Of a stretch of 64,000 bases of DNA, positions 29,916-39,394 are shown in pieces. The stretch comes from Myxococcota bacterium. Lineage in GTDB: Bacteria; Myxococcota_A; Polyangia; Polyangiales; Sandaracinaceae. The position numbers were made by a program, and so were the translations under genes. Position 1 is the stretch's first letter; each line of letters opens with the position of its first letter. The stretch is taken from positions 1-64,000 of the forward strand of contig JAYZQJ010000137.1 in assembly GCA_036149055.1 (NCBI GenBank). The letters run 5' to 3'. The notes beneath the pieces were generated by a model that was given only the letters and a program-made list of their open reading frames with translations, was not told the origin of the DNA and did not search any database.

Positions 29916-31280
29916 GTGCGGCCCTGCTCCGTCTTCGCGCTCTCGCTCCTGCTCGGCGCGTGCGCGCCCGCGGCCGAAGAAGGCGAGGCCCGGAGCGGGG
30001 GCGACACCACGGTGTTCGACATCACGCGCAACGCCTACGGGCTCTCCGCGCGCAACCTGACGTTCGACGAGCGCAGCACCTTCCTCGTCGGCAACTCGTT
30101 CTTCAACGACAACTGGGTGACCGCGCCCGCGTCGACCACGAGCCGCGACGGCCTCGGCCCGGTGTTCAACGCCCGGAGCTGCAGCGGCTGTCACGACCGC
30201 GACGGCCGCGGCCGCCCGCCCGAGGGCGACGAAGAGATGCTGAGCATGCTGCTCCGCGTCTCGATCCCCGGGGAGGGGCCCCACGGCGGCCCCGCCCCGG
30301 TCCCCGGCTACGGGCTGCAGCTGCAGCCGCGCGCCATCCGCGACGTCAGCCCCGAGGTGCGCACCCGCGTCGCCTGGGAGACGGTCGAGGGCGCCTACGC
30401 GGACGGCGAGCCCTACGCGCTCCGGCGGCCGATCATCCACATCGAGGAGGCCGCGTTCGGGCCGCTCCCCGACGCGCTGCTCGTCTCTCCACGGGTCGCC
30501 CCGCCGGTGTACGGGCTCGGCCTGCTCGAGGCGATCCCCGAGGAGACGCTGCTCGCGCTCGCCGACCCCGACGACGCCGACGGCGACGGCGTCAGCGGGC
30601 GGGTCAACCGCGTCTGGGACGCGGCTCGCGGCGAGGCGGTCCTCGGCCGCTTCGGCTGGAAGGCGAACGAGCCCAACCTCTCGCAGCAGAACCAGGGCGC
30701 GTTCCTCGGCGACATCGGCGTGACCAGCCCGCTCTTCCCCGACCCCGAGTGCGCGGACGGCCAGGCCGCCTGCGCCGCGGCCCCGTCGGGCGGAGAGCCG
30801 GAGCTGACGCCGGACATCGTCGCCTTCGTCGACTTCTACGTGTCCACCCTCGCGGTGCCCGCCCGCCGCGACGTGGAGGATCCGTCGGTCCTCCGCGGCA
30901 AGGCGCTGTTCCTCGCGGCCGGCTGCGGCGGCTGCCACGTGCCGAGGCTCGAGACGGGGGAACACCCCATCGAGGCGCTCGCGCACCAGACCATCCGGCC
31001 CTTCACCGACCTCCTCCTGCACGACATGGGCGAGGGGCTCGCGGACGGACGGCCCGACTTCGAGGCCAGCGGCACCGAGTGGCGGACGCCGCCGCTGTGG
31101 GGCATCGGGCTGCTGCCGGTGGTGAACGGGCACACCCTCTTGCTCCACGACGGCCGGGCGCGCGGCTTCGCCGAGGCGGTGCTCTGGCACGGCGGTGAGG
31201 CCGAGGCGGCCCGCGAGTCCTTCCGCGCGATGAGCGCCGACGAGCGCGCCGACCTGGTGCGCTTCCTGGAGAGCCTGTGA
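29916..31280 (+). CDS. Di-heme oxidoreductase (DHOR)-family c-type cytochrome
   Basis: Two heme motifs CSGCH and CGGCH; 'DGLGPVFNA', 'GRFGWKA', 'TDLLLHDMG', 'EWRTPPLWG', 'LLHDGRAR'. Confidence 0.93.
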   Translation: MRPCSVFALSLLLGACAPAAEEGEARSGGDTTVFDITRNAYGLSARNLTFDERSTFLVGNSFFNDNWVTAPASTTSRDGLGPVFNARSCSGCHDRDGRGRPPEGDEEMLSMLLRVSIPGEGPHGGPAPVPGYGLQLQPRAIRDVSPEVRTRVAWETVEGAYADGEPYALRRPIIHIEEAAFGPLPDALLVSPRVAPPVYGLGLLEAIPEETLLALADPDDADGDGVSGRVNRVWDAARGEAVLGRFGWKANEPNLSQQNQGAFLGDIGVTSPLFPDPECADGQAACAAAPSGGEPELTPDIVAFVDFYVSTLAVPARRDVEDPSVLRGKALFLAAGCGGCHVPRLETGEHPIEALAHQTIRPFTDLLLHDMGEGLADGRPDFEASGTEWRTPPLWGIGLLPVVNGHTLLLHDGRARGFAEAVLWHGGEAEAARESFRAMSADERADLVRFLESL

Positions 31281-32323
31281 AGAAGGTTGCCGTCCTCGCC
31301 CTGCTGCTCGCCTCCTGTGACGCCGAGCCCGCCTACGACCGGGCGGCGATGCTCGAGAGCCTCTCGGACGTCGTCGCCGTCCCGGCGTACCGCGCCTTCG
31401 AGGCGGAGGCCGAGACCCTCGCCGGCGCCACCGGCGCGCTCTGCGAGGCGCCGAGCGAGGAGACCCTCGGGGCGGCGCGCGACGCGTGGCGCGGCGCCCG
31501 GACGGCGTTCAAGCGGACCGAGGCGTTCGGCTTCGGGCCCGCGATGGAGAGGCGCATCGACGGCGCGGTCGACTTTTGGCCCACCCGGGTGACCAACATC
31601 GAGCTGGCGATCCGGGACGCCGGCCCGTTCGAGCCCGCGTGGTTCGAGTCGGCGGGCACGTCGGTGAAGGGGCTGCCGGCGCTCGAGTACCTCCTCTTCG
31701 ATCCGGCGCGCACCGACGCGGAGCTCCTCGCGCGGCTCGGCGAGGAGCCCAGGCGCTGCGCCTACGTCGCCGGCCTCGGAGGCCACGTGGCGGCGCAGGC
31801 CTCGCTCCTGGTGGAGGCGTGGCAGCCCGGCTATCGCGACATGCTGGTCACGGACGACCCCCACGCGTCGGTGAGCCTGATGATCAATCACCTGATCGCG
31901 GTGCTCGAGGACGTGAAGCTCAACCGCCTCTCGAAGCCGCTCGGCCTCGACGGCGCCGCCCCGGATCCCGAGGCGGTCGAGTCGCCCTACGCGGGGCACG
32001 ACGTCGCGGGCATGCTCGCCACCCTCCGCGGCGTCCGCGACGCGTGGACCGGCGACCGGGGCGGCGTCGAGGGCATCGGGCTCGACGACTACGTGGCCTC
32101 GCGCGATCCCGAGCTCGCCGCCGACGTCACCCGCCGGCTCGACGACGTGGTCGGGCTGACCGAGGCCATCGATCCCCCGCTCCGCGACCGCATCACCGAG
32201 GGGCGCACGAACGAAGCGGAGCAGCTCCATCAGGCGCTCCGCGAGACGCAGCGCCTCTTCGCCGCCGACGTCGCGATGACGCTCGCGGTGACGGTGACCT
32301 TCACCGACAACGATGGAGACTGA
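31277..32323 (+). CDS. Second imelysin-like lipoprotein
   Basis: Lipobox 'LLASC'; 'FWPTR', 'KGLPALEYLLF'; C-terminal 'FTDNDGD'. Confidence 0.85.
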   Translation: MKKVAVLALLLASCDAEPAYDRAAMLESLSDVVAVPAYRAFEAEAETLAGATGALCEAPSEETLGAARDAWRGARTAFKRTEAFGFGPAMERRIDGAVDFWPTRVTNIELAIRDAGPFEPAWFESAGTSVKGLPALEYLLFDPARTDAELLARLGEEPRRCAYVAGLGGHVAAQASLLVEAWQPGYRDMLVTDDPHASVSLMINHLIAVLEDVKLNRLSKPLGLDGAAPDPEAVESPYAGHDVAGMLATLRGVRDAWTGDRGGVEGIGLDDYVASRDPELAADVTRRLDDVVGLTEAIDPPLRDRITEGRTNEAEQLHQALRETQRLFAADVAMTLAVTVTFTDNDGD

Positions 32324-33602
32324 CCGCGAGGTCGACGCCGCGTCGCTCGCCGCCTTCCGCGCGCTCTTCGGCCTGCTGATGGCGGGCGCGGCCGTGCGCT
32401 TCTGGGCCAAGGGCTGGATCGGCGCGCTCTACGTCGAGCCCGCCTTCCACTTCACCTACTGGGGGTTCGACTGGATCCGGCCGCTCCCGGGGTGGGGCAT
32501 GTACGCGGTGTTCGCGGGCCTGATCGTCACCGCGCTCGCGGTCGCGCTCGGCCTCCTGTACCGCTGGGCCATCGCGCTCTTCTTCGTGCTCTTCACGTAC
32601 GTGGAGCTGCTCGATCAGGCGACCTACCTCAACCACTACTATCTCGTCAGCCTGCTCGCGCTCCTGATGTGTTTCATGCCGCTCGGGCGCAGCTTCTCGG
32701 TCGACGCGCGCGGGCAGGGCGCGCTCCGGGCGCCGCGGTGGTGCCTCTGGACGCTGCGCGCGCAGCTCGGCCTGGTCTACGTGTTCGCAGGGGTCGCCAA
32801 GCTGAACGCGGACTGGCTCATCGAGGCCGAGCCGCTCTCGACCTGGCTGGCGGCGCGCAGCGACCTGCCGGGGCTCGGGGCCCTCGCCTCGATCGACGGC
32901 TTCGCGCACCTGATGAGCTGGGGCGGGGCGGTCTTCGACCTCGCCGTGCCGTTGGCGCTGCTGCATCGGCGCACGCGCCCCTTCGCCTACGCGGGCGTCG
33001 TCGGCTTCCACCTCGTCACCGGGGCCATGTTCCAGCTCGGGATGTTCCCCTGGATCATGGCGCTGCTCACGCCGATCTTCTTCTCGCCGAGCTGGCCGCG
33101 CCGCCTCTGGACTTCGCTCCCGCGGGGCGCGCCGCGCCCGAGCCGGACGCTCCCTCGCTGGGGCGCCTGGGCGCTCGCCGGCTGGTTCGCGATCCAGCTC
33201 GCGCTCCCGCTGCGCCACCACGCCTACCCGGGGCAGCTCCTCTGGACCGAGGAGGGCCTGCGGTGGTCCTGGCACGTGATGATCGTCGAGAAGAGCGGGC
33301 ACCTCGAGCTGACGGCCCGCGACCGCGCGACCGGTGAGCGCTGGCCGATCGATCCGTCCGAGGACCTCACCTTCGCGCAGCGGCGCATGATGGCGACCAG
33401 CCCGGACATGCTGCTCCGCTACGCGGCGCACGTGCGGGAGCGCTGGGCCGCGCGAGGGCGGGACGTCGCCGTGCACGCCGACGCCTGGGTGGCGATGAAC
33501 GGGCGCCGCTCGGCGCCCCTCGTCGACCCGGAGATCGACCTCGCCGCCCAGCCCGACGACCTCGCGCCCCGCGCCTGGGTGACGCGCCGCCCGGCGCCCT
33601 GA
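32313..33602 (+). CDS. HTTM-domain membrane protein (vitamin K-dependent gamma-carboxylase-like)
   Basis: 'LAAFRALFGLLM', 'FHFTYWGFDWIRP', 'YLNHYYL', 'AGVAKLNADW', 'WTEEGLRWSWHVM', 'MNGR...LVDP'. Confidence 0.92.
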   Translation: METDREVDAASLAAFRALFGLLMAGAAVRFWAKGWIGALYVEPAFHFTYWGFDWIRPLPGWGMYAVFAGLIVTALAVALGLLYRWAIALFFVLFTYVELLDQATYLNHYYLVSLLALLMCFMPLGRSFSVDARGQGALRAPRWCLWTLRAQLGLVYVFAGVAKLNADWLIEAEPLSTWLAARSDLPGLGALASIDGFAHLMSWGGAVFDLAVPLALLHRRTRPFAYAGVVGFHLVTGAMFQLGMFPWIMALLTPIFFSPSWPRRLWTSLPRGAPRPSRTLPRWGAWALAGWFAIQLALPLRHHAYPGQLLWTEEGLRWSWHVMIVEKSGHLELTARDRATGERWPIDPSEDLTFAQRRMMATSPDMLLRYAAHVRERWAARGRDVAVHADAWVAMNGRRSAPLVDPEIDLAAQPDDLAPRAWVTRRPAP

Positions 33603-33824
33603 TCACGCGTGCCCGATCGGCCGCACCGTCTCCAGGCTCGACTCGTGGAGCTGATGCAGCGCCTCCCCGAGGGTGGCCCACGCCGACTCGGCGGCGTCGG
33701 CCTGCACGCGAAGGGTCAGGCCGCCCAGGTGGAGCGACAGCGCGCCGCAGTCGGCGCACTGCTCGACCTGGAGCACCGGCCCGCGGGCGAGGGTTCGGTT
33801 CTGGCAGCGTCGTCTCTCGTTCAT
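33603..33824 (-). CDS. Small (73 aa) hypothetical protein with CxxC...H motif
   Basis: ATG at 33824 preceded by GGGAGA; 'MNERRRC...VEQCADCGALSLHLGGLTLRV'; stop abuts the HTTM stop. Confidence 0.65.
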   Translation of the reverse strand: MNERRRCQNRTLARGPVLQVEQCADCGALSLHLGGLTLRVQADAAESAWATLGEALHQLHESSLETVRPIGHA

Positions 33825-33862
33825 CGGGTTCTCTCCCATCCAGTGCGTCATCCCTACGCTGG

Positions 33863-33877
33863 TGAGAGTGGTTCTCA
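33863..33877. promoter_or_regulatory. Fur-like palindromic operator upstream of the small CxxC gene
   Basis: TGAGA-GTGGT-TCTCA has perfect inverted arms and the same format as the boxes at 28700 and 28730. Confidence 0.6.
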
Positions 33878-33929
33878 AAGTCGGCTGGTGAGGTGACGCA
33901 CTTCTCCGGCCTCGCAGACGCGGCGGCTG

Positions 33930-35378
33930 CTAGCGCCCGAGCCCGAGCCGCCGACCGAGCGCGGTCTCGATGACGTCGCCGGGATCGTGCACCCGTCGGA
34001 GCTCGCGCAGCTGCTCGAGCGCCGGGCGGTACATCTCACGCAGGTCCGCGTCGTCGCAACGCGCCTGCTTCGACAGCAGGACCGTTCCGCCATGCGTCTC
34101 CCGACACACCCGCGTCAGCTTCCGGAAGATGCGCTCGATCGCTCGCGCGTCCGCCGCGCGGCGGACGACGAAGGCGAGCGAGACGAGGAACGCGTCGCGG
34201 TCTGGGTTGGGCGAAAGCACGAAGCGCTCCGAGCGCGGTAGAAATCCGACGTCGAACATCCCCGCCGTCTGCCCGGCTTCGGACAGCCGGTCCATGGCTT
34301 CGCGCGCGAACCCTTCGACCCGGTGCACCTCCGCGGACGAGCGCCCCTCGATCGGCAGGACGAAGCTCTGCTGCAACACCTCGCCGCGCTCGCCAAACCG
34401 CCGCCTCAAGCCACGCGCCTTGAGATTGCCGTCCATGAAGAACGTCGCGGGGGCGAGATCGTCGACGAGCGAGACGACCCGACCGGGGACCCAGTTCACC
34501 TGCCACGCCAGCGCGGCGAGCGCCGGCATCCGATGTACGAGGAGCTCCAGCCCGACGCGCCGCACGCCGCTCTGGTGAGCGATCGTGGGGCGGCGCTCGA
34601 GGGTCGACTCCATCCGGTGCCGCGTGATCAACGTTCGCCGTCGCAGTCCCCGCTGCATCACGACGCAGCCAGCGCCCGGCCACGGGCCGGGCGGCAGCCC
34701 GGGCGGGCGACTCTCCGGAAAGAGGAACTCCAACCCGTCCAGCCCCTCGAAGGCGTGAGCCGAGCTGCGGAGCGCCGCGTGGCTCCCCACCGATTCGAGA
34801 GCGTGCTCGACCTCCGTGATGACTCCGGCGAGCCCGAAGCCTCCGATCGCGGCGCGGAAGAGCGCTGCGTTGCGCTCACGCGTGCACTCGTGCACCTCGC
34901 CGCGCGCCGTCACGACGCGAACGCGCCGGATGTGTCGGCTCTCTCGTCCGAGGCCGGGCGTCATCCGGCTGTACGCGTCGCTCGACGCCGATCCGCCCAT
35001 CGTGACGCGACTGGTGCTGGGCATCACGGGCAAGGCCAACCCCCGCTCGAGCGCCGCGTCGAGGGCGGCGCCGGTCGAGACGCCCGCTCCCGCGAGCAGC
35101 CGGCGTCCGTCGGGGACGACCCGGAGCGTACGCAGACGCGCGGTCGACACCGCGTAGCGCTCGGGGAGCCCCTGACCGTCGAAGGAGAGCGCGGCGCCCA
35201 GCGGGGCGAGCCTGAGGCCGCGTTCGCTCGCGGTCGCCAGTAGCTCCGCCAGCTGCGCTTCGCTCTCGGGCTCGAAGACGACGACACCTCGGCGGGCTCG
35301 CCGCCCACCGAAGCTCTCCAGGTCTCTCACCGAATGCCCTACGCCGCCCATCGACGGCACGTCGACTCCGAGATCCAT
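33930..35378 (-). CDS. FAD-binding oxidoreductase (VAO/DprE1-like); start uncertain
   Basis: 'PLGAALSFDGQ', 'AGAGVS', 'LPVMPSTSRVTMGG', 'LFRAAIGGFGLAGVI', terminal 'HDPGDVIETALGRRLGL'. Confidence 0.8.
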   Translation of the reverse strand: MDLGVDVPSMGGVGHSVRDLESFGGRRARRGVVVFEPESEAQLAELLATASERGLRLAPLGAALSFDGQGLPERYAVSTARLRTLRVVPDGRRLLAGAGVSTGAALDAALERGLALPVMPSTSRVTMGGSASSDAYSRMTPGLGRESRHIRRVRVVTARGEVHECTRERNAALFRAAIGGFGLAGVITEVEHALESVGSHAALRSSAHAFEGLDGLEFLFPESRPPGLPPGPWPGAGCVVMQRGLRRRTLITRHRMESTLERRPTIAHQSGVRRVGLELLVHRMPALAALAWQVNWVPGRVVSLVDDLAPATFFMDGNLKARGLRRRFGERGEVLQQSFVLPIEGRSSAEVHRVEGFAREAMDRLSEAGQTAGMFDVGFLPRSERFVLSPNPDRDAFLVSLAFVVRRAADARAIERIFRKLTRVCRETHGGTVLLSKQARCDDADLREMYRPALEQLRELRRVHDPGDVIETALGRRLGLGR

Positions 35379-35448
35379 CGCGGCCCACTCTACGCACCGC
35401 TGGTGGATGCCGGCACGGAGTGAGCGCTTTTCGAGCGGCTCCCGGGCG

Positions 35449-37389
35449 CTACCGGCCTTTCGCGACCCAGATCTCGGCGAGGCGCTCGATCGCGGTCGAG
35501 AGGTGTCGTCGGTACGTGGACTCGCCCATGCCCAGGTCGCGAGCGATCGCGATCTGCTTGCGAGGCTCCGAGAAGAAGCTCGCCTCGATCACACGGCGAG
35601 AGCGCGCGTCCTGACCGCTCACGCCCAGCTCTCGGACGGCCACCGCCAGCGACGCGCGGAGCGCGTCCACGGGATCGGGCGCCTCTCCGCTGGCGACTCG
35701 CGCGCGCACCCGCGGCGACCGCGCCAGTGGAGACCGCGCGAGGCGCCGCGCGTCGTGGTAGGCGCGCAGCGCGCGCCGGAGCTCGGGATAGGCCTCCTCT
35801 GCGGTGGCGAACACGCCGTCCTCGGCGCCGCCCGCCGCACCGCTCAGCAGCGACGGATCGTTCCGTCCGAGCTGATTCCAGATCCGGACGAGGTCGGCGG
35901 GGGTGTACTTCCGCAAGTCTTCAGAGCGGAGCGACCAGGCCTCGCCGTCCAGCGTGAAGCGCGCGACCGCCGGGTGCGCGCCCAGCTCTCGATAGCGCTC
36001 GACCATCCACTCTGGCTGCGCGGAGCACGCGAGATCCAGCCCGGCGCCGAACAGCAGTCGCGCCGTGGTCTCGTGCATGACGAAGGGCAGCCCCCCGTCG
36101 TTGTCGCCGAGGGGCAGATAGAACCGCGCCAGTCGCGCTCGGGACGCGCCGGTGAGCTGAGCGTGGCGCAGGAAGGCGGCCGCCGCAGGATCGTCTCCCT
36201 CCTCGGTCGCCCGCGCGTCGTCCAGATCGAGGAAGTGGACGTACGCCGCCACCGCCCCCTCGTGCCAGGCGACATGCGCCCCGCGAGGTGACCGGTCGAG
36301 CCAACGGCGCGCGATGTGCGCGCTCTGCCGACCCAGGCGCGCCTCGATGCGCTCGGCGATCTCGTCGACGTCCTCTGTCCGCGCGAGGCCGCTGGTGAGC
36401 CCCGGGAGGGCAGTCGGCCCGTGGCTGCGCATGGCCCGACCGATCAGCTCGGCGGAGTGGCCCGCCCAGAAGACGCGTCGCTCGCGTGGCCCCACGCGGC
36501 TCTTCGACTCGGCGTGCGCGAGTGACGCCCGCAGCAACGAGTCACGGAGATCCGGGGTCGAGCACGCGAGCTCTTGGGCGAGGGGCTCTCGGAGGACGGG
36601 CTCGACCGCCAGCCCGCCCGGCGCCCGCGTGGCCAGCGGTAGCTCGGCGACGGAGTGGAAGGCGTCGGAGAGCGAGGTGTCGAGGTCGGCGAGCAGCTCG
36701 GGGGTGACCACGGGATTGAGCGCCGCGACGTCGAGGACGCGGCGCTCGGCCGGCGGGACGCCGTCGAGCATGTGATCGAGGAACGCGCGGCGCGTCGCGT
36801 GGTTGCGGGACCAATCGAAGCCGTCCCATCGCTCCGCGATGAGCTGGAGCGCGAGCGGGTGCCCCGCGGCGAGCTCCACGAGGTCGGCGCGAACCGGGGC
36901 GGGGACGCCGGCGCGCGCCAGCAGGAGCTGGGCCTCGTCCCTCGAGAGCGGACCGAGCACCATGGTCTCGACGAGAGGGGACCAGCCAGGGTCGTGGAGC
37001 AGCCGCGACGGCAGCGGCCGCGACCCGGCGACGACGAGCTGCTGATGAGAGCGGAGGGTGGGGAGGACGGTGTCGACCAGGTAAGGCAGGATCTCCGCGA
37101 GTCGGTGGACGTCGTCGAGCGCGATCAAGCGCGCCGTCGGGTCGAACGCGTCGCGCCACGCCTCCCGGGTCGGAGGACGACTCGCCGCGCGGAGCGTCTG
37201 GACCGGCCCGTCCGCCATCGCCTCGAAGCGCCGCAGGAGCGTGCTCTTGCCGCTGCCGGGCATCCCGTGAATCGCGAAGAGCCGGAGGCTCGCGTCGTCG
37301 AGGAACTCGGCGAACCGCGCCTCCTCGACCCTCCGCGGCACGATCCGGTCCCGCCGTGCGGCCTCGATCCGCTCCCCCCACGTCGACAC
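35449..37389 (-). CDS. P-loop (AAA/STAND-like) ATPase with C-terminal helix-turn-helix; probable transcriptional regulator
   Basis: Walker A 'GMPGSGKSTLL', Walker B 'LIALDD', 'AAGHPLALQL', HTH 'KQIAIARDLGMGESTYRRHL'. Confidence 0.8.
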   Translation of the reverse strand: MSTWGERIEAARRDRIVPRRVEEARFAEFLDDASLRLFAIHGMPGSGKSTLLRRFEAMADGPVQTLRAASRPPTREAWRDAFDPTARLIALDDVHRLAEILPYLVDTVLPTLRSHQQLVVAGSRPLPSRLLHDPGWSPLVETMVLGPLSRDEAQLLLARAGVPAPVRADLVELAAGHPLALQLIAERWDGFDWSRNHATRRAFLDHMLDGVPPAERRVLDVAALNPVVTPELLADLDTSLSDAFHSVAELPLATRAPGGLAVEPVLREPLAQELACSTPDLRDSLLRASLAHAESKSRVGPRERRVFWAGHSAELIGRAMRSHGPTALPGLTSGLARTEDVDEIAERIEARLGRQSAHIARRWLDRSPRGAHVAWHEGAVAAYVHFLDLDDARATEEGDDPAAAAFLRHAQLTGASRARLARFYLPLGDNDGGLPFVMHETTARLLFGAGLDLACSAQPEWMVERYRELGAHPAVARFTLDGEAWSLRSEDLRKYTPADLVRIWNQLGRNDPSLLSGAAGGAEDGVFATAEEAYPELRRALRAYHDARRLARSPLARSPRVRARVASGEAPDPVDALRASLAVAVRELGVSGQDARSRRVIEASFFSEPRKQIAIARDLGMGESTYRRHLSTAIERLAEIWVAKGR

Positions 37390-37506
37390 GACGCGAAAGT
37401 AGCCGAGCACCGAGCGGATTTCGAGCGGACCCCGAGCGTGCTCCGGCGCCAGCGGGGGGTCCCGTCGGCCAGCCTCCACCCTGCGGCCCTCCAACCCTCG
37501 ACAGCG

Positions 37507-38295
37507 TCAGCCGAACAGGGCGATGACCTGGCGGGCGGAGGCGAGGGGGGCGCCGCTCGGGTCGCGGAGGATGGCGCGCTCGTCCGCGTAGCCGTCGGCG
37601 ACGACGCGGCTCTCGGCCTCGAACGCGTAGAACGCGTCTCCCGCGACCGAGGGATCCGGGAGCGCGCGGTGGAAGGAGACGCCGAGCTCGATCGAGGCGG
37701 CCGCCGTCCACGTCGAGGCGAGGGCGAGCGCGGCGGGCGCCCAGGCGTCGAGGAGCGCGACGACGAGGCGGGCGTCACATGGGTGGGGGACGCGCGGGCG
37801 ACACCAGCCGCCGATGTGCGGGCGATCGCCGCCGGAGAAGGGGGCGGGGCCGAGGGCCTGGCGGAGCTCGAAGTGCGCGCAGAAGTCCGGGACGTAGAGC
37901 GCCTCCGGGCCGTCGGCGACCGTGTCGGGGGGCGGCATCGGCGCGGGGTCGCGCTCCACGTAGGCCAGCCCGCTGGGGCGGGGTAGGGCGAAGGTGGCCC
38001 GGCCGGTCGCGATGAGGAGATCGCCGCGGCGCATGCGCGCGCCGATCTGGGCGACGTTGCGGCCGGCGCGGAGGATCTCGACATCCACCGTCGCCGGCCC
38101 AGCGGTGGCGGGCGCGCAGAAGGCGACGTCGAGCCCGCGGATCGTTCGGCCGTCCGCCTCGCGGGTCATCGCGTCGACCAGGATGGCTGCGACGAGCCCG
38201 CCGTAGACGCCGCGGCCCTGGGCCCAGCGCGCGTCGAGGGTCCCGGCGAAGCGGCGCTCCCCGTCCCGGGCGAATCGGCTGGCCTCGTCGAACAC
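37507..38295 (-). CDS. Double-hotdog acyl-CoA thioesterase family protein
   Basis: 'WAQGRGVYGGLVAA', 'LRAGRN', 'LLDAWAPA', 'SARQ'. Confidence 0.88.
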   Translation of the reverse strand: MFDEASRFARDGERRFAGTLDARWAQGRGVYGGLVAAILVDAMTREADGRTIRGLDVAFCAPATAGPATVDVEILRAGRNVAQIGARMRRGDLLIATGRATFALPRPSGLAYVERDPAPMPPPDTVADGPEALYVPDFCAHFELRQALGPAPFSGGDRPHIGGWCRPRVPHPCDARLVVALLDAWAPAALALASTWTAAASIELGVSFHRALPDPSVAGDAFYAFEAESRVVADGYADERAILRDPSGAPLASARQVIALFG

Positions 38296-38305
38296 GCTGG
38301 CTCGA

Positions 38306-39394
38306 TTACTCGACCCGGATCGCGTCCGCCACCCGGCGGACCTGCGCGCGGGTCTCGGCGTCCCATCGCACGTGAGGATCGGTCGCCCGGTGGGCCCACA
38401 GGAGCGCGCCGTCGTAGCCGCGCGCGCGCACGTGCTCGACGCGCCGCGCGACCCAGTCCGCCCCCTCGTCGACGTCGGGCCAGGGGCCGTGCCGGGACGT
38501 GGCGAGCTCTCCGAGCCAGATCGGCCGGATGGGGCTGGCGTCGGCCGGCGGGAGCGCGCTGACCCCGGTCACGCTCGGGTAGTGGTGCCGCTGGTGCACG
38601 TAGCGGCCGGCGTCGGCGAGGCGGGAGAGGGTGGCGCGGGCGGAGGGGGCGAGCCACGGCGGGTCGGGGTCGAGGAAGCCGACCGTCGCGGTGAGCCCGC
38701 GCCGCGCGATCCGCCGCGCGCCCTCCTCGAGGAACGCCGAGAGCGCGTAGGGATCCACCCACGGGGGATGCGCGCCGTAGCGGTCCCGCTCCCAGCCCGG
38801 CACCAGCGGCCAGCCCGGCTCGTTGGCCACCTCGAACGCCGCGACCGCCTCGGGTCGCCCCGCGGCCACGTCGAGCATCGGCTCGAGCGTCGTGTCGAAG
38901 AATGGATGCATCGCGTCGCCGAGCACGAACGAGTCCCGGCCCCGGCTCGTGACCTCGCCCTGGGCCCCCAGGGGAAGCATCAGCTCGAAGCTCACCAGCG
39001 AGGGCACGAGCCGCACGCCGGCGGCGGCGCAGGCGGAGAGCAGGGCGTCGAGGTCCTCCAGGAAGGCGTCGGGGACGCGAGGAAGGGGGCGCTCGAGGAC
39101 CCACCGCTCGGGCACCCGGGGCGGACGCACGAGCCGCCGCTTCCACGCGGGCCACGGCTCGAGGAAGGGCGCCCGCCGGGCGACGGTCTCGGGTTGTACG
39201 CCGACCGGGAGGTTGACGCCGCCCGCCAGGATCCACCAGCGCGCGATCCGCAGACCGTCCGCCGCCAGCTCGCGCAGCTCGCGCTCGACCTGCGCCCAGT
39301 CGGTCCTCGGCGCGCCTGCCCAGGGCGGGGGCCGCGGGCCGAAGTCGTGACCGCAGGTGACCCAGGGGAAATTGATGCCGAGGGCGAAGCTCAT
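38306..39394 (-). CDS. Putative clan GH-A (GH5-like) glycoside hydrolase
   Basis: 'GINFPWVTCGHDFG', 'RIARWWI', acid/base-like 'FEVANEP', 'HHY', nucleophile-like 'WLGEL', 'GYDGALLW'. Confidence 0.6.
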   Translation of the reverse strand: MSFALGINFPWVTCGHDFGPRPPPWAGAPRTDWAQVERELRELAADGLRIARWWILAGGVNLPVGVQPETVARRAPFLEPWPAWKRRLVRPPRVPERWVLERPLPRVPDAFLEDLDALLSACAAAGVRLVPSLVSFELMLPLGAQGEVTSRGRDSFVLGDAMHPFFDTTLEPMLDVAAGRPEAVAAFEVANEPGWPLVPGWERDRYGAHPPWVDPYALSAFLEEGARRIARRGLTATVGFLDPDPPWLAPSARATLSRLADAGRYVHQRHHYPSVTGVSALPPADASPIRPIWLGELATSRHGPWPDVDEGADWVARRVEHVRARGYDGALLWAHRATDPHVRWDAETRAQVRRVADAIRVE

